A stretch of DNA of 64,000 nt from an uncultured Gammaproteobacteria bacterium (GTDB lineage: Bacteria > Pseudomonadota > Gammaproteobacteria > Xanthomonadales > SZUA-36), in contig CAVPUV010000068.1 in NCBI GenBank assembly GCA_963708905.1, positions 3,580 through 67,579 of the forward strand, in the 5' to 3' direction. Of this stretch, positions 23,201-33,765 are shown one piece after another. Each line of letters opens with the position of its first letter. The first letter of the stretch is position 1. The notes beneath the pieces are model-generated. The model did no database searches. It was not told the DNA's origin and saw nothing but the letters and a program-made list of their open reading frames with translations. A program made the position numbers and the translations under genes.

Positions 23201-24839
23201 CGGTTACAAGGTCTATCCGTGGATCGCAAAGACCCGTTACTCGACGCCGGGCGTTGGGCTGATCTCGCCGCCGCCGCATCACGACATTTATTCGATCGAA
23301 GACCTCAAGCAACTGATTCACGACCTGAAGAACGCCAACCCCGAGGCGCGGATCCACGTCAAGCTCGTCGCTCAGATGGGCGTCGGAACTGTGGCTGCCG
23401 GGGTGGCGAAGGCCAAATCGGATGTCGTGCTGATTTCGGGCCACGACGGCGGCACAGGAGCGTCTCCGCTCACATCAATCAAACATGCCGGCGGCCCGTG
23501 GGAGCTGGGTTTGGCGGAAACCCAGCAGACCTTGCTCCTCAATGGGCTGCGCGACCGCATCGTGGTCCAGGTCGACGGGCAGCTCAAGACCGGCCGGGAC
23601 GTGATTATCGCAGCCTTACTGGGCGCCGAGGAGTTCGGCTTTGCCACGGCCCCGCTCGTCGTCATGGGTTGCATCATGATGCGGGTGTGTCACCTCGACA
23701 CCTGTCCGGTTGGCATCGCTACACAGAACCCGGAATTGCGTGAAAAGTTCAAAGGCAAAGCCGAGTTTGTCGTCAACTTCATGGAGTTCGTTGCCCAGGA
23801 AGTGCGAGAGTTACTGGCAGAGTTGGGCTACCGGACGCTCAATGAGGCGATCGGGAGGGCAGAGCGCCTCAACGTTTCGCGCGCGATCGAGCATTGGAAA
23901 GCAGGGGGGCTGGATCTCGCGCCGATCTTCCATGTTCCGGAACTGCCGAAAAACACGCCGAGACGGCATACGACGAAACAAGACCACGGGCTTGAATATG
24001 CGCTTGATCAAACCCTTATCCGGCTCGCCGCCGCGGCCCTCAAGAACGGCGAACCCGTCAAACTGGAACTCCCGATTCGAAACGTCAACCGGACGGTGGG
24101 CACGCTCCTGGGATACGAAGTCACGAAACGATACGGCGGTGAAGGACTCCCGGACGACACCATCGAGGTCAGGTTTACTGGATCCGCCGGAATGAGTTTT
24201 GGGGCATTCTTGCCTCGCGGCATTACGCTGCGGTTGACCGGCGATTCCAATGATTATGTCGGCAAAGGTCTCTCCGGCGGCCGAATCATCATGCAGCCAC
24301 CGGAAGAAGCGCCGATCATTGCAGAGCACAATATCCTGGCGGGTAATGTGATCCTCTATGGCGCGACCGGCGGGGAGGCTTTCCTGCGCGGCGTTGTCGG
24401 CGAGCGCTTCTGCGTGCGCAACTCGGGGGCTGTGGCTGTCGTCGAGGGCATTGGCGACCACGGTTGCGAGTATATGACGGGCGGGCGGGCGGTCATTTTA
24501 GGCTCGACCGGCCGGAACTTCGCCGCCGGTATGTCGGGTGGCATCGCCTATGTTCTCGATGTGCACGGCGACTTTCTCACCAAGGTCAACCCGGAGATGG
24601 TCGACCTCGATGCGCTCGACGACAATGACCGGGCTTTCCTTTTGGATCGGGTCTCGCAACATCATCGTGAAACCGGCTCGGCGGTGGCAGAAGCGCTGCT
24701 GGGCGACTGGCAGGCAAGCCTGCACAAGTTCGCCAAGGTCATGCCCAAGGACTACAAGCGGGTCCTGGAGGCGGTGCGAGAAGCCGAAACCGGCGGACTG
24801 CCGGTCAACGACGCAATCATGGCGGCCGCTCATGGCTGA
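20232..24839 (+). CDS. gltB: glutamate synthase large subunit, second copy of a different (Gram-positive/actinobacterial-like) lineage
   Basis: 1535 aa. Ntn Cys in [14 protein letters not shown], full amidotransferase/FMN/GXGG architecture, RBS GGGAGGGG upstream. The sequence is clearly divergent from copy 1. Confidence 0.9.
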   Translation: MMAYSSLDPSRAPRALAEAKGLYDSAFEHDSCGVNFVADIKGRRSHNIVQMGIGALCNMEHRGAVGSDQNTGDGAGVLLQIPDRFLRAVVPFDLPPEREYATGIVFLPQNPVQAAAGKKEVDRIVRDEGLEVLGWRNVPINADMLGRATVETMPTIRQIFISGAGLAGMELERRAYVIRKRTEHEIRISAGGKEASEAIGGASEMHEGVYFTGLSCRTLIYKGMLIATQLASFYPDLCDERVESAMVLVHSRFSTNTFPSWSLAHPFRMIAHNGEINTIKANRNFMRARELLLATDLIPGDLSRIFPVCTPGASDTAGFDEALELLYMGGYSLPDAMLMMIPEPWEGHEHMDPDVRAYYRYHASLMEPWDGPASIAFTDGRVIGAVLDRNGLRPSRYWITDDDIVIMASEVGVVDIPQQKIIEKGRLQPGKMFLIDAIEGRIVRDDEIKRRLAAKHPYQAWLDQHMIHIDDIEDSLSRRQETLALVKRQQVFGYTHEELKLLIAPMARDGKEALGSMGTDTPLAVLSDRPKLLYDYFQQYFAQVTNPPLDAIREELVTSMRIMLGPEGNLFDPRPESCAVIELDTPVIANHQLAKLFSVGAEVVNCLYPVAKGAEGLRGALDRVFAEIDAVIERGAYGVVLSDRGSTVELAPIPALLATAAAHHHLIRTKNRTKVGLIVETGEAREVHHIALLIGYGAAAVNPYLAFETIDDLVQTDAYGLGHLDHKTARANYIMAATAGILKIMSKMGISTVQSYIGAQIFEAVGIGPELIKQHFTGTTSRLAGIGLDVVAAEAALRHRLAFNDRPEERAHRGLDFGGDYQWRREGERHLFNPETVFKLQHATRERRYDIFKEYTTRVDRQSAAMATLRGMFRFRLEDRQAVPIDEVEPVSEIVKRFSTGAMSYGSISKEAHETLAIAMNRLGARSNTGEGGEDPDRYQRDPNGDLRRSAIKQVASARFGVTSEYLVNADDLQIKMAQGAKPGEGGQLPGYKVYPWIAKTRYSTPGVGLISPPPHHDIYSIEDLKQLIHDLKNANPEARIHVKLVAQMGVGTVAAGVAKAKSDVVLISGHDGGTGASPLTSIKHAGGPWELGLAETQQTLLLNGLRDRIVVQVDGQLKTGRDVIIAALLGAEEFGFATAPLVVMGCIMMRVCHLDTCPVGIATQNPELREKFKGKAEFVVNFMEFVAQEVRELLAELGYRTLNEAIGRAERLNVSRAIEHWKAGGLDLAPIFHVPELPKNTPRRHTTKQDHGLEYALDQTLIRLAAAALKNGEPVKLELPIRNVNRTVGTLLGYEVTKRYGGEGLPDDTIEVRFTGSAGMSFGAFLPRGITLRLTGDSNDYVGKGLSGGRIIMQPPEEAPIIAEHNILAGNVILYGATGGEAFLRGVVGERFCVRNSGAVAVVEGIGDHGCEYMTGGRAVILGSTGRNFAAGMSGGIAYVLDVHGDFLTKVNPEMVDLDALDDNDRAFLLDRVSQHHRETGSAVAEALLGDWQASLHKFAKVMPKDYKRVLEAVREAETGGLPVNDAIMAAAHG

Positions 24840-26295
24840 CCCGCGCGGTTTTCTCAAGCACGGCCGGGAGCTGCCTCAGCGGCGTCCAGCCGATGTGAGA
24901 ATCAAGGACTGGAAAGAAGTCTATAAGGATTTTCCCAAGGAAAAACTGCGGCAACAGGCAGCGAGGTGCATGGACTGCGGCATTCCGTTCTGCAACAACG
25001 GATGCCCGCTGGGTAACTTGATCCCTGACTGGAACGATTTGGTGTACCAGGATCATTGGCGAGATGCCATCGACCGGCTGCATGCCACCAATAACTTTCC
25101 GGAATTCACCGGCCGGCTGTGTCCTGCGCCGTGCGAAGCGGCCTGTGTGCTCGGCATCAACCAGGATCCGGTGACAATAAAACAGATGGAGGTCGAGATC
25201 ATCGACCGTGCATGGGATGAGGGATGGGTCACACCCATACTGCCGTCGGTAAAGACGGGTAAGCGGGTGGCGATCGTTGGATCCGGCCCGGCCGGTCTCG
25301 CTGCCGCCCAGCAGCTTACACGCGCCGGGCATCGCGCAGTTGTGTTTGAGCGTGACGATCGCATCGGCGGACTGTTGCGGTACGGAATCCCCGAGTTCAA
25401 GATGGAGAAACGCCATCTGGAACGGCGTCTCGAGCAATTGCGGCAGGAGGGTACCGAGTTCCGGACCAGCATAGAGATTGGTGTCGATATTCAAGCAGAC
25501 GAACTCATGAAAGAGTTCGACGCAGTGATACTCGCCGCCGGCGCCTGCCAGTGGCGCGACCTCCCGATCCCCGGCCGCGACCTCAAAGGTATCCATCAGG
25601 CAATGGAATATCTTCCGCTCGCCAACCGGGTCCAAGAAGGCGATTTCAAGGTGTCCCCGATCTCGGCTGAGGGCAAGCACGTTATTATCATCGGCGGCGG
25701 TGACACAGGCGCGGACTGCCTTGGCACCGCCCACCGGCAGGGTGCCGCATCGGTGCGTCAATTCGAGATCTTGCCGCGTCCGCCAGACGAACGCGACGCC
25801 TCCACGCCGTGGCCCACCTGGCCGCTCAAATTCAGCGTGTTATCAGCCCACGAGGAGGGTGGAGAGCGCGTTTTCGCAATCGCCACGGAGAAGTTTATCG
25901 ACGATGGCAGCGGCCGGGTTGCCGCGCTGCAGACCCGTCGCGTGAAATCGAAAAGCCCGGGTGTGCGGTCAGCTTTCAAGCCATTCAACGCCACCGAACA
26001 GAAGTTTCGAGCTGATTTGGTGCTCCTCGCGCTTGGCTTCACTGGACCCGAACCGGGTCCGATGCTCTCCCAATTCGGAGTTGATCTGACCAGCCGCGGC
26101 AATGTGGCTCGAAATGATCTCTGGGCGACAAATGTCGAAGGCGTTTTCGTAGCCGGCGACATGGGTCGAGGCCAATCTCTGATCGTGTGGGCCATCGCCG
26201 AAGGCAGAGCGGCAGCGGCGGCGGTCGACTTGTGGTTGACGGGGGAGACACTCCTGCCGTCACCCGTTGGACCATCAACAGTGCCGCTGACCTGA
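24832..26295 (+). CDS. gltD: glutamate synthase small subunit, second copy
   Basis: Start ATG 24832 overlaps the gltB2 stop (ATGGCTGA). [13 protein letters not shown]...[27 protein letters not shown] resembles Bacillus/actinobacterial small subunits. [25 protein letters not shown]. Confidence 0.9.
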   Translation: MADPRGFLKHGRELPQRRPADVRIKDWKEVYKDFPKEKLRQQAARCMDCGIPFCNNGCPLGNLIPDWNDLVYQDHWRDAIDRLHATNNFPEFTGRLCPAPCEAACVLGINQDPVTIKQMEVEIIDRAWDEGWVTPILPSVKTGKRVAIVGSGPAGLAAAQQLTRAGHRAVVFERDDRIGGLLRYGIPEFKMEKRHLERRLEQLRQEGTEFRTSIEIGVDIQADELMKEFDAVILAAGACQWRDLPIPGRDLKGIHQAMEYLPLANRVQEGDFKVSPISAEGKHVIIIGGGDTGADCLGTAHRQGAASVRQFEILPRPPDERDASTPWPTWPLKFSVLSAHEEGGERVFAIATEKFIDDGSGRVAALQTRRVKSKSPGVRSAFKPFNATEQKFRADLVLLALGFTGPEPGPMLSQFGVDLTSRGNVARNDLWATNVEGVFVAGDMGRGQSLIVWAIAEGRAAAAAVDLWLTGETLLPSPVGPSTVPLT

Positions 26296-26400
26296 AGTGC
26301 ACACCACGATCCCATGAAATCTCGCAAAATCAAGAAACCACCATATGCACCAAAAAGAAGACAAAACTCATTTTAATTCTTTATAATTCAATCTGTTAGA

Positions 26401-26795
26401 TTGAAGAAGGAAGGAGTTTTGCCTGTGACAAACTGTACCCAAGAAGCACTTCAATTTCCAGCCCCGAAACGCCGTAAAACGGTGCACAACATGCCTGGGC
26501 CATCCTGGCCCCAGGTCAAGATCGTCTTCCGTGGTGACTCGGGCTTTTGCCGCTGGCGCATGCTGTCCTGGTGTGAACGGAACCGGGCGGCTTACATCGT
26601 CGGCATCGCCCAGAACAAGCCGCCTGAACGCGGCTATCGCCTCACTCCAGCGTGACGCCGAAGCCTGTTTTGCCGCTTCCGGCAGCAAGGTGCGCTGGTT
26701 TACCGAACTGCACTACCGGGCGCAGAGTTGGAAGTGCGCGCGGCGAGATGGAGAATCGCATCAAGGAACAACCGTTGGATCTGTTTGCTGACCGG
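26401..26795 (+). mobile_element. decayed IS1380-family transposase remnant
   Basis: Fragments in three frames: VTNCTQEALQFPAPKRR (N-terminus), KIVFRGDSGFCRWRMLSWCE..YIVGIAQN, RWFTELHYRAQSWKCARR, and GEMENRIKEQPLDLFADR (the family hallmark as I recall it). About 400 bp remain of an element normally about 1.6 kb. Confidence 0.6.
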
Positions 26796-26797
26796 TG

Positions 26798-26992
26798 TTA
26801 TTGGGTCCGTCGCCAGGACGTTGTCGGGTCCACGGTTACCACCTTGGTGCTCATGAAATCCGCTACCGTCGCATCAGCCAGAGGCTGTCCCTCGACACCC
26901 TGGGTCACGAGCCTGAGCAGGTCCGTTTCAGTGATCATGCCCAGCAAGTTTCTTTGCAGCAGGCGTGGCAAGAAGTGACTCGAAGCGTTCAC
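26798..26992 (-). pseudogene. CBS-domain gene fragment
   Basis: LLGMITETDLLRLV...VADFMSTKVVTVDPTTS is the end of one CBS repeat plus the start of the next. It is truncated on both sides by thrC and the IS remnant. Confidence 0.4.
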
Positions 26993-27006
26993 GCGCGAAT
27001 CACAAC

Positions 27007-28284
27007 TCAGGCTTTCGCTAACAGCAATTCACGTAACGCCCCATAGTCCCCCGGAATAGTTCTGGACAGAACCTCTTTATTCTGTACCGCCGCCAACGCG
27101 GCGGGCAGCGGCAGCACGATACCCAGCGTTTCCTCAATCACTTCCAGGAACTTGGCCGGATGTGCGGTGCACAGGAAAACCCCTTCTTCACCCGGTTCGA
27201 GTGATCGCTCCAGCGCCGCCCAGGCCAACGCGCTGTGCGGATCAGCAAGGTAACCTTGTTGCCATAGCGCGCGCATGGCGGCACGGGTAGCCGCGTCATC
27301 CAGCGACACTGCCGACAGCAGCCGCTCCAGCGGCAGGCCATGACGTTGGCCCAGCTCCAGCACCCGGGGGAAATTATTCGGCAGTGAAATATCCATGGCG
27401 TTGGTGATGGTCGTTACCGTGGCGCGGGGATCCCATTTCCCTGAGCGAAGAAATCTCGGCACGGTATCATTGGCGTTGGTGGCCGCGATCATACGCTTGT
27501 AGGGCAGGCCAATCGCACGGGCGATCAACCCGGCGGTGACGTTGCCGAAATTGCCGCTGGGTACGCTGAACACCAGATTTTCCGGCTGCTCGGCAGTGGC
27601 GACTGCTTCGAAGTAATAGCAAACCTGGGCCAACAGACGAGCGATGTTGATGGAGTTGGCCGAATTCAAGCCCAGTGCCTGCTTGAGCTCCTGATCATCG
27701 AAACATTGTTTGATCAGACGCTGGCAAGCGTCAAAATCATCCTCAACGGCGACCGTGCGTACATTGCCGCCCAAGGTGCAGAACAGTTTTTCCTGCAAGG
27801 GTGAGATCCGGCCCTTGGGGTAGAGCACCACCACATCGATGCCGGGCTGGCCGAAGTAGGCGTGCGCTACCGCAGCGCCGGTATCGCCCGAAGTTGCGGT
27901 CAGAATGGTCATCGGCCCGTGGCGGTGAAACTCCTTGAGGCAACGGGCCATAAAGCGGGCGCCAAAATCCTTGAATGCCAGCGAGGGCCCGTGAAACAGT
28001 TCCAGCGCCCGAATCGAAGAACCAATGACCGGTACTTTGACCGGGAAATCGAAAGCCGAGGTCACCATCGCCTGCAGGGTGCTCGCGGCGATTTCCCCCT
28101 CGGTCAGGTGCTGCAAAATGGCGACGCTGCGTGGCACAAACGCCAATTCAAGCAATCCGCTAACATCCGGCAAGGCCTGGAAGCGGCGCGGGAAGTACAG
28201 CCCCTGTTCACGGCCGAGCCCGGTCAGCACTGCCTGGCGGAAACTGGCCTGCTCATCAGGCCGTTTGATATTGATCAGTTCCAT
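27007..28284 (-). CDS. thrC: threonine synthase
   Basis: Start ATG 28284 gives MELINIKRPDEQASFRQAVLTGLGREQGLYFP, collinear with the E. coli ThrC N-terminus. PLP-lysine region FHGPSLAFKDFG. Confidence 0.9.
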   Translation of the reverse strand: MELINIKRPDEQASFRQAVLTGLGREQGLYFPRRFQALPDVSGLLELAFVPRSVAILQHLTEGEIAASTLQAMVTSAFDFPVKVPVIGSSIRALELFHGPSLAFKDFGARFMARCLKEFHRHGPMTILTATSGDTGAAVAHAYFGQPGIDVVVLYPKGRISPLQEKLFCTLGGNVRTVAVEDDFDACQRLIKQCFDDQELKQALGLNSANSINIARLLAQVCYYFEAVATAEQPENLVFSVPSGNFGNVTAGLIARAIGLPYKRMIAATNANDTVPRFLRSGKWDPRATVTTITNAMDISLPNNFPRVLELGQRHGLPLERLLSAVSLDDAATRAAMRALWQQGYLADPHSALAWAALERSLEPGEEGVFLCTAHPAKFLEVIEETLGIVLPLPAALAAVQNKEVLSRTIPGDYGALRELLLAKA

Positions 28285-28303
28285 GACCACTGGCGGCTGC
28301 GGA

Positions 28304-29308
28304 TCAATCGCTGCTGACAATGCTGCGGGCGCCGCCCAGATCGGCGCGGCAGGTATACACAAAACCACTGTCAGTTTGCCGGTAGTGCCCGGCCAGCCAG
28401 TCGGCCAGCACCGGCGCCACCGCTGGCTGGTCAACCAGCGCAAATACCGTTGGGCCGGAACCGGAAATACCAACAGCCAGCGCACCCAGTGCGGTCAGTT
28501 CTTCACGGGCGCGATCGAAGCCCGGCAGCAGGCGGCGGCGGTAGGGTTCAGCGATCAAGTCTACCAACGAGGCTGCCGCCAGCGCGGTCTTACCGGTGTA
28601 CAGCGCATAGACAAACTGCGCGAACTGGGCGCCATGGCGCACGGCCGTGGCCCGCGGCAATTGTTCCGGCAAAACCGCGCGCGCTGCGCGCGTGACCAGT
28701 TCCGTGCCTGGCCAGCACACCACGATCTGCCAACGGGCCGGCCACGGCAGTGGATACTCGGACTGGCCTCCCGGCGGGCACAGGCGCAGACCGCCGTAAA
28801 GACAGGGCGCAATATTATCGAGATGAATTTCGCCGCTGACGCCACCTTCAATTTCTGTCATCAAACCAAACAGAGCGCGTGAACCCAGCGGGCCGCCGTG
28901 CCAGCGATTGAGTACTTCCAGCGTGGCAACCACGGAGCTGGCGCTGGAGCCGAGACCGCTGCCGATGGGCAAGCGTTTCTCCAGAACAAGCTCCAGTGGT
29001 TCCACGGCGATGCCGAGTTGCGCCAGGGTTTGTTGGTAGAGCCGGCAGCACTGCAGCACGATGTTCTTTTCCTGGTCCACTGGCAGTTTATGTGCAAACG
29101 GCCCACGCACCACCAGTTTCCAGTCGTCACGTCGCCCTGGACGCACCTGCACCGTGTCACCCAGAAGGGAGCCGTCCAGCGGCGCCAGCGCCAGCCCCAG
29201 CGCATCGAAACCGACCGATACATTGCCGATCGATGCCGGTGCGAATACGGTCAAGGGTTCCCGCAGGCTGACCGGATGCGCTCCGTTTGGCGAAACAACT
29301 GCCGTCAT
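28304..29308 (-). CDS. thrB: homoserine kinase
   Basis: GHMP kinase motif PIGSGLGSSASS. N-terminus VFAPASIGNVSVGFD resembles E. coli ThrB. ATG 29308 overlaps the thrA stop (ATGA). Confidence 0.85.
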   Translation of the reverse strand: MTAVVSPNGAHPVSLREPLTVFAPASIGNVSVGFDALGLALAPLDGSLLGDTVQVRPGRRDDWKLVVRGPFAHKLPVDQEKNIVLQCCRLYQQTLAQLGIAVEPLELVLEKRLPIGSGLGSSASSVVATLEVLNRWHGGPLGSRALFGLMTEIEGGVSGEIHLDNIAPCLYGGLRLCPPGGQSEYPLPWPARWQIVVCWPGTELVTRAARAVLPEQLPRATAVRHGAQFAQFVYALYTGKTALAAASLVDLIAEPYRRRLLPGFDRAREELTALGALAVGISGSGPTVFALVDQPAVAPVLADWLAGHYRQTDSGFVYTCRADLGGARSIVSSD

Positions 29309-31779
29309 GCACGCTGATCCAGCGGCCGCCACACCGTTCGCAGCAGGTCACCAAACACCCCGGCTGCCGTGACCTCGGCGCCCGCACCATAACCCCGCAG
29401 CACCAGCGGGATAGGCTGGTAGTATCGAGTGTGCAATACCAGTGCGTTTTCACCATCGCGGATCGCGCCCAGCGGCTCGTCCCGCGGCACTGCTTCCACT
29501 GCAACACGGCAGTGACCGTCAGCAATGCGGCCCACGTAGCGCAGCACCATCCCCGCGGCTTTCGCTGCACTTACCTTCCCGGTAAAAGACTCATCGAGCG
29601 TCTGCAGGGCGGCGATGAGGTCAGCCGGGTCGACCGCAGCAATCGCTTTCATCGGCACGGCCGGCTCTACCTCGATATCGTCCAGTTCCAGTTCCAGCCC
29701 GACTTCGCGTGCGATGATCAGCAGCTTGCGGGCCACATCCATGCCGGACAGGTCATCGCGCGGATCGGGTTCGGTATAGCCCAACTCCACGGCCTTGGCC
29801 ACCGCTGCCGACATGGCCATGCCGTCTTCCAGCAAGCCGAAAATCATCGACAGAGAGCCTGAGAGGATGCCGCCAAATGATTTGAGCTCATCCCCGGAGC
29901 GGATCAGCGCCTGCAGGGTATCGATTACCGGCAGGCCGGCGCCGACGTTGGTTTCATAAAGGAATTTTCGGAAATTGCGCCCGGCTGTCTGCCGCATCGC
30001 GCGGTAGTAATCGATCGATGCCGTGTTGGCTTTCTTGTTGGCAGCGACCACATTGAACCCGCTTTCCAGGAAGCGGACGTACTCGCCGGCCAGCGCGGCA
30101 TCGGTGGTGCAGTCGACCACGGTCGGATTCAGCAGGCCCAGGCGCTCGCGCACCGCGATGACATCATCCATATCCCAGGACTTGCCCCGGTCTTGCAACA
30201 GCTCGGCCCAGCGGCTCAAGTCGACCACGTCGTCCGCCACGTAGAGTTTGCGGCTGTTGGCAATGGCGCGTACACGCAGGTCTGTACCGTGCTGCATGAG
30301 ACTCGCCGCCTGGCGTCGGAATTGCCGTAACAATTCACTGCCGACATGGCCGCAACCCAGCAGGATGACGTTGACATGGGTGGTGTGGCTGAAAAATGCG
30401 GTGTGACATGCCCGTGTGGCCGATTGCGCATCTTCCCCCCTGACCACCACTGCGATGGCGCATTCGGTGGATCCCTGGGCGATGACTTCGACATTAACCC
30501 CGGCGGAGGAGATCGCCATCAGGAAGCGCGCGGCAATACCACGGTAGAGCTTCATACCCTCGCCAACCAGGGATATGACCGCGCGGTTACCCTGCACCGT
30601 GATGTCGCCAATCAGGCGATGCAGGCGTTCAAAATGGAACTCTTCTTCCAGCGCTTTGCGGGCATTCTCCGCATCCCGCTGGCGCACACACAGCGTGATA
30701 CTGTATTCGGACGACGACTGCACGATCAGGATGATGGAAATGGTCCTGCTGGCCAGCGCATCCATGACCCGCCGGGCGATACCCACCCGGCCGCGCATAC
30801 CGCCGCCCTGCAGGGTGATGGAAGCGACCTGTTCGAGGTGGGAGATACCGCGTACCACGTGGGTGCGCTGCGCTGCGCGGTGAATCAGCGTGCCGACCCG
30901 CCCGGGGTCGTAGGTATTGCGAATCTCGCACAGGATGTCATTTGCCGCCAGCGGGGTCAGTGCCTTGGCCGAAATCACCTTGGCGCCGAAATAGCTGAGC
31001 TCCATGGCCTCTTCGTAGCTGACCTCATCCAGGCAACGGGCGTTGGACACGATGCGCGGATCAGCGGTGAAAAAGCCATCCACGTCTTTCCAGATCTGGC
31101 AACGGCGGGCGCCGGTGGCGGCCGCAATTGCCGCTGCCGAGTAATCCGTGCCATTGCGCCCCAGTAACTGGATTTCACCGTCGGCATTGCGCCCGTAAAA
31201 CCCCGGCAGGACCAGCACCTTGACCGCTTCCGTGAGGCGTTGCTTGAGCAATGGCGCGGCGGCGTCGATATCCACCAGTGAATCCAGCCAGTCCTCGTTG
31301 GCCAGCGGCAACACATCCGCATCGGACCAGGCGGCGGCAATGCCGCGGTACTGTAAAAGATCAACCATGAGCCGGCTGCTGAAACCTTCCCCGCCCGCCA
31401 GCATGCGCGCACGGATACGGTCCGGACACTGGCCCAGCAGGCGCACACCCTCGATGCGCCGCGCCAATTGCCCGGATTGTTCCTGCAGGAATGCCCCGCC
31501 CAGAGGGGTTTTGATCCCTTGCGCTGCCATGGCATCGACGATGGTTTGCTCGCGTGCCAGTGCCTCATCGATTTCCGCCTGACCGCTTTCACCGCGTACC
31601 GCCTTGTCGATCGCGGCCACCAGCAGGTCGGTTACACCCTTGACCGCCGACAGCACAACAATGACCTGGCCCGTACCGCCATGATGCTCGATAACGTCGG
31701 CGCTGGCGCTAAAGCCGGCGAGATCGGCCAGCGACGTACCGCCGAACTTCTGCACCAGCAAAGAGTTGGCAGCACTCAC
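29305..31779 (-). CDS. thrA: bifunctional aspartokinase I / homoserine dehydrogenase I
   Basis: 824 aa. KFGGTSLAD aspartokinase signature, ACT region and a C-terminal homoserine dehydrogenase domain. The GTG start overlaps the asnB stop (GTGA at 31776-31779). Confidence 0.9.
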   Translation of the reverse strand: MSAANSLLVQKFGGTSLADLAGFSASADVIEHHGGTGQVIVVLSAVKGVTDLLVAAIDKAVRGESGQAEIDEALAREQTIVDAMAAQGIKTPLGGAFLQEQSGQLARRIEGVRLLGQCPDRIRARMLAGGEGFSSRLMVDLLQYRGIAAAWSDADVLPLANEDWLDSLVDIDAAAPLLKQRLTEAVKVLVLPGFYGRNADGEIQLLGRNGTDYSAAAIAAATGARRCQIWKDVDGFFTADPRIVSNARCLDEVSYEEAMELSYFGAKVISAKALTPLAANDILCEIRNTYDPGRVGTLIHRAAQRTHVVRGISHLEQVASITLQGGGMRGRVGIARRVMDALASRTISIILIVQSSSEYSITLCVRQRDAENARKALEEEFHFERLHRLIGDITVQGNRAVISLVGEGMKLYRGIAARFLMAISSAGVNVEVIAQGSTECAIAVVVRGEDAQSATRACHTAFFSHTTHVNVILLGCGHVGSELLRQFRRQAASLMQHGTDLRVRAIANSRKLYVADDVVDLSRWAELLQDRGKSWDMDDVIAVRERLGLLNPTVVDCTTDAALAGEYVRFLESGFNVVAANKKANTASIDYYRAMRQTAGRNFRKFLYETNVGAGLPVIDTLQALIRSGDELKSFGGILSGSLSMIFGLLEDGMAMSAAVAKAVELGYTEPDPRDDLSGMDVARKLLIIAREVGLELELDDIEVEPAVPMKAIAAVDPADLIAALQTLDESFTGKVSAAKAAGMVLRYVGRIADGHCRVAVEAVPRDEPLGAIRDGENALVLHTRYYQPIPLVLRGYGAGAEVTAAGVFGDLLRTVWRPLDQRA

Positions 31780-33458
31780 GGCTGGTCCACCCCGGCGTAG
31801 GCGTCCTGGTGCACCGAGCGCATGGCACGGCCCGAAGGGTCATTCAGTGCCTGCAGCGATTTGTCCCACAAGATGGCTTCAGGCGTGCTGCAGGCCACGG
31901 TCGGTCCACCGGGCACGGTCTGGGCCGCGGAGGCCAGGGGAAAATGCTGTTCAAACAGGCTGCGGAAGTAATAAGCTTCTTTGGACTCTGGCGCATTGAA
32001 CGGGAACCGGCCGACCGCGCGGCTCATGTCTGCATCGCTGACCTGCTCCCGGGCGTGATCCTTGACGGCGTCGATCCAACCATAGCCGACACCGTCGGAG
32101 AACTGCTCCTTCTGACGCCAGGCAATCGCCGGCGGCAACAGGTCGCTAAAGGTCTCGCGCAGGATCTGCTTCTCGATTTTGCCGGTAGTTATCATCTTGT
32201 CCGCCGGGTTGATGCGCATGGCGACGTCGAGGAAGCGGGTGTCCAGAAACGGTACCCGCGCCTCCACGCCCCAGGCGGCCATGGCTTTATTGGCGCGCAG
32301 GCAATCATAGCTGTGCAGGCGCGAAAGTTTACGCACCGTTTCCTCGTGGAAAGCCTGCGCGTTTGGCGCTTTATGAAAATACAGATAGCCGCCAAAGATT
32401 TCATCGGCGCCCTCGCCGGACAATACCATCTTGATGCCCATGGCGCGGATCTTGCGCGCCATCAAATACATGGGCGTGGCCGCGCGTATGGTAGTGACAT
32501 CGTAGGTTTCGAGATGGTAGATCACCTCGTCCAGAGCATCGAGGCCTTCCTGGATGGTAAAGGTAAAACCATGGTGCACGGTGCCGATATGATCGGCGGC
32601 GACCTGTGCAGCGGCCAGATCAGGTGATCCATCCAGGCCGACGGCAAACGAATGCAAACGCGGCCACCAGGCCGGGCTGCGCTCGCCGTCCTCTACCCGC
32701 AACGCGGCATGACGCGCAGCCAGCGCGGCGATAATGGACGAATCCAGACCGCCGGACAGCAGCACGCCGTAGGGCACGTCGGTCATCAGGTGACTTTTTA
32801 CCGAGTCTTCCAGCGCCGCCCGCAGAGCGGCTTTGTCGGTAGTGGCCTGCGCCACGTTTTCGAACTGTTCCCAATCACGCCGATACCAGCGCTGTGGTTC
32901 CGCCTGGCCCGTTGTCCACAGATGCCCCTGCGGGAATTCGTGCACCTGGTTGCATACATCCATCAGCGCCTTCATTTCCGAAGCCACCAGCAACTGGCCG
33001 TGCGCATCATGGCCAAAGTACAAGGGCATGATGCCGATGGGATCGCGCGCGATCATCCAGAAGTCGGCTTCCTCGTCATACAGGCAAAAGGCAAACATAC
33101 CGCGTAGCTGCTCGAGAAAATCGGCGCCATGCTTGAGGTACAAAGGCAGGATGACCTCACAGTCCGATTCGGTATTGAAAGCATAAGTGTGCTTCAGCGC
33201 GGCGCGGATTTCCCGGTGATTATAAATCTCGCCATTGACTGCCAGCGCCTGCCGGCCACTCTCGCTGAGCAGGGGCTGGGCGCCGGTGTTGACGTTGACA
33301 ATGGCGAGGCGCTCGTGCGCCAGCACCGCCTTGTCAGAGGTATAGATGCCACTCCAGTCCGGGCCGCGGTGTCGCAGCATGCGGGATTGTCGCAGAGCCA
33401 TTTTACGGACGGATTGAACGTCCTGGCGTAGCTCCAGTACGCCGAAAATCGAGCACAT
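31776..33458 (-). CDS. asnB: asparagine synthase B (glutamine-hydrolysing)
   Basis: 560 aa. N-terminal MCSIFG nucleophile Cys2 and the SGGLDSS PP-loop motif. Confidence 0.9.
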   Translation of the reverse strand: MCSIFGVLELRQDVQSVRKMALRQSRMLRHRGPDWSGIYTSDKAVLAHERLAIVNVNTGAQPLLSESGRQALAVNGEIYNHREIRAALKHTYAFNTESDCEVILPLYLKHGADFLEQLRGMFAFCLYDEEADFWMIARDPIGIMPLYFGHDAHGQLLVASEMKALMDVCNQVHEFPQGHLWTTGQAEPQRWYRRDWEQFENVAQATTDKAALRAALEDSVKSHLMTDVPYGVLLSGGLDSSIIAALAARHAALRVEDGERSPAWWPRLHSFAVGLDGSPDLAAAQVAADHIGTVHHGFTFTIQEGLDALDEVIYHLETYDVTTIRAATPMYLMARKIRAMGIKMVLSGEGADEIFGGYLYFHKAPNAQAFHEETVRKLSRLHSYDCLRANKAMAAWGVEARVPFLDTRFLDVAMRINPADKMITTGKIEKQILRETFSDLLPPAIAWRQKEQFSDGVGYGWIDAVKDHAREQVSDADMSRAVGRFPFNAPESKEAYYFRSLFEQHFPLASAAQTVPGGPTVACSTPEAILWDKSLQALNDPSGRAMRSVHQDAYAGVDQP

Positions 33459-33720
33459 GGGGCGTCCTCGTAAAAAAATAACGGGTTATCAGGGAGGCGG
33501 GCTCTCGTTTGCAGCCTCTGCTTTGTCAGCGCCTCGGCATCACTTCAGTCCGTGCATCCTGCTGATGGAAATCACGAATCCGAACCAGTAATACTAAGGG
33601 CTTATGCGCTGCGCGCCAAGCACCAGAATCAATTTATTGGCGCTTTTAGCTTCCTTCAGCAACCGCACTCCGGGGCATTGCCCACCTGTCGGGCTTGGAC
33701 CGCCGAGTAAATGTGAACAG

Positions 33721-33765
33721 GCTTTAACCCGGAAAGTCCATGTATGGACTTTCCGGGTTTAAAGC
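33721..33765 (-). terminator. long hairpin overlapping the stop codon of the upstream membrane-protein gene (possible Rho-independent-like stop or processing site)
   Basis: GCTTTAACCCGGAAAGTCCAT / ATGGACTTTCCGGGTTTAAAGC forms a stem of about 20 bp with one bulged T. No U-tract follows on either strand. Confidence 0.35.

Noticed and set aside
33459-33720. Search for a thr/asn leader peptide, attenuator or riboswitch upstream of asnB
   Set aside because: No Thr/Ile/Asn-rich mini-ORF was found. The T-run at 33470-33478 (minus-strand TTATTTTTTT) is not preceded by a GC-rich hairpin. Nothing is recognisable without covariance-model tools.
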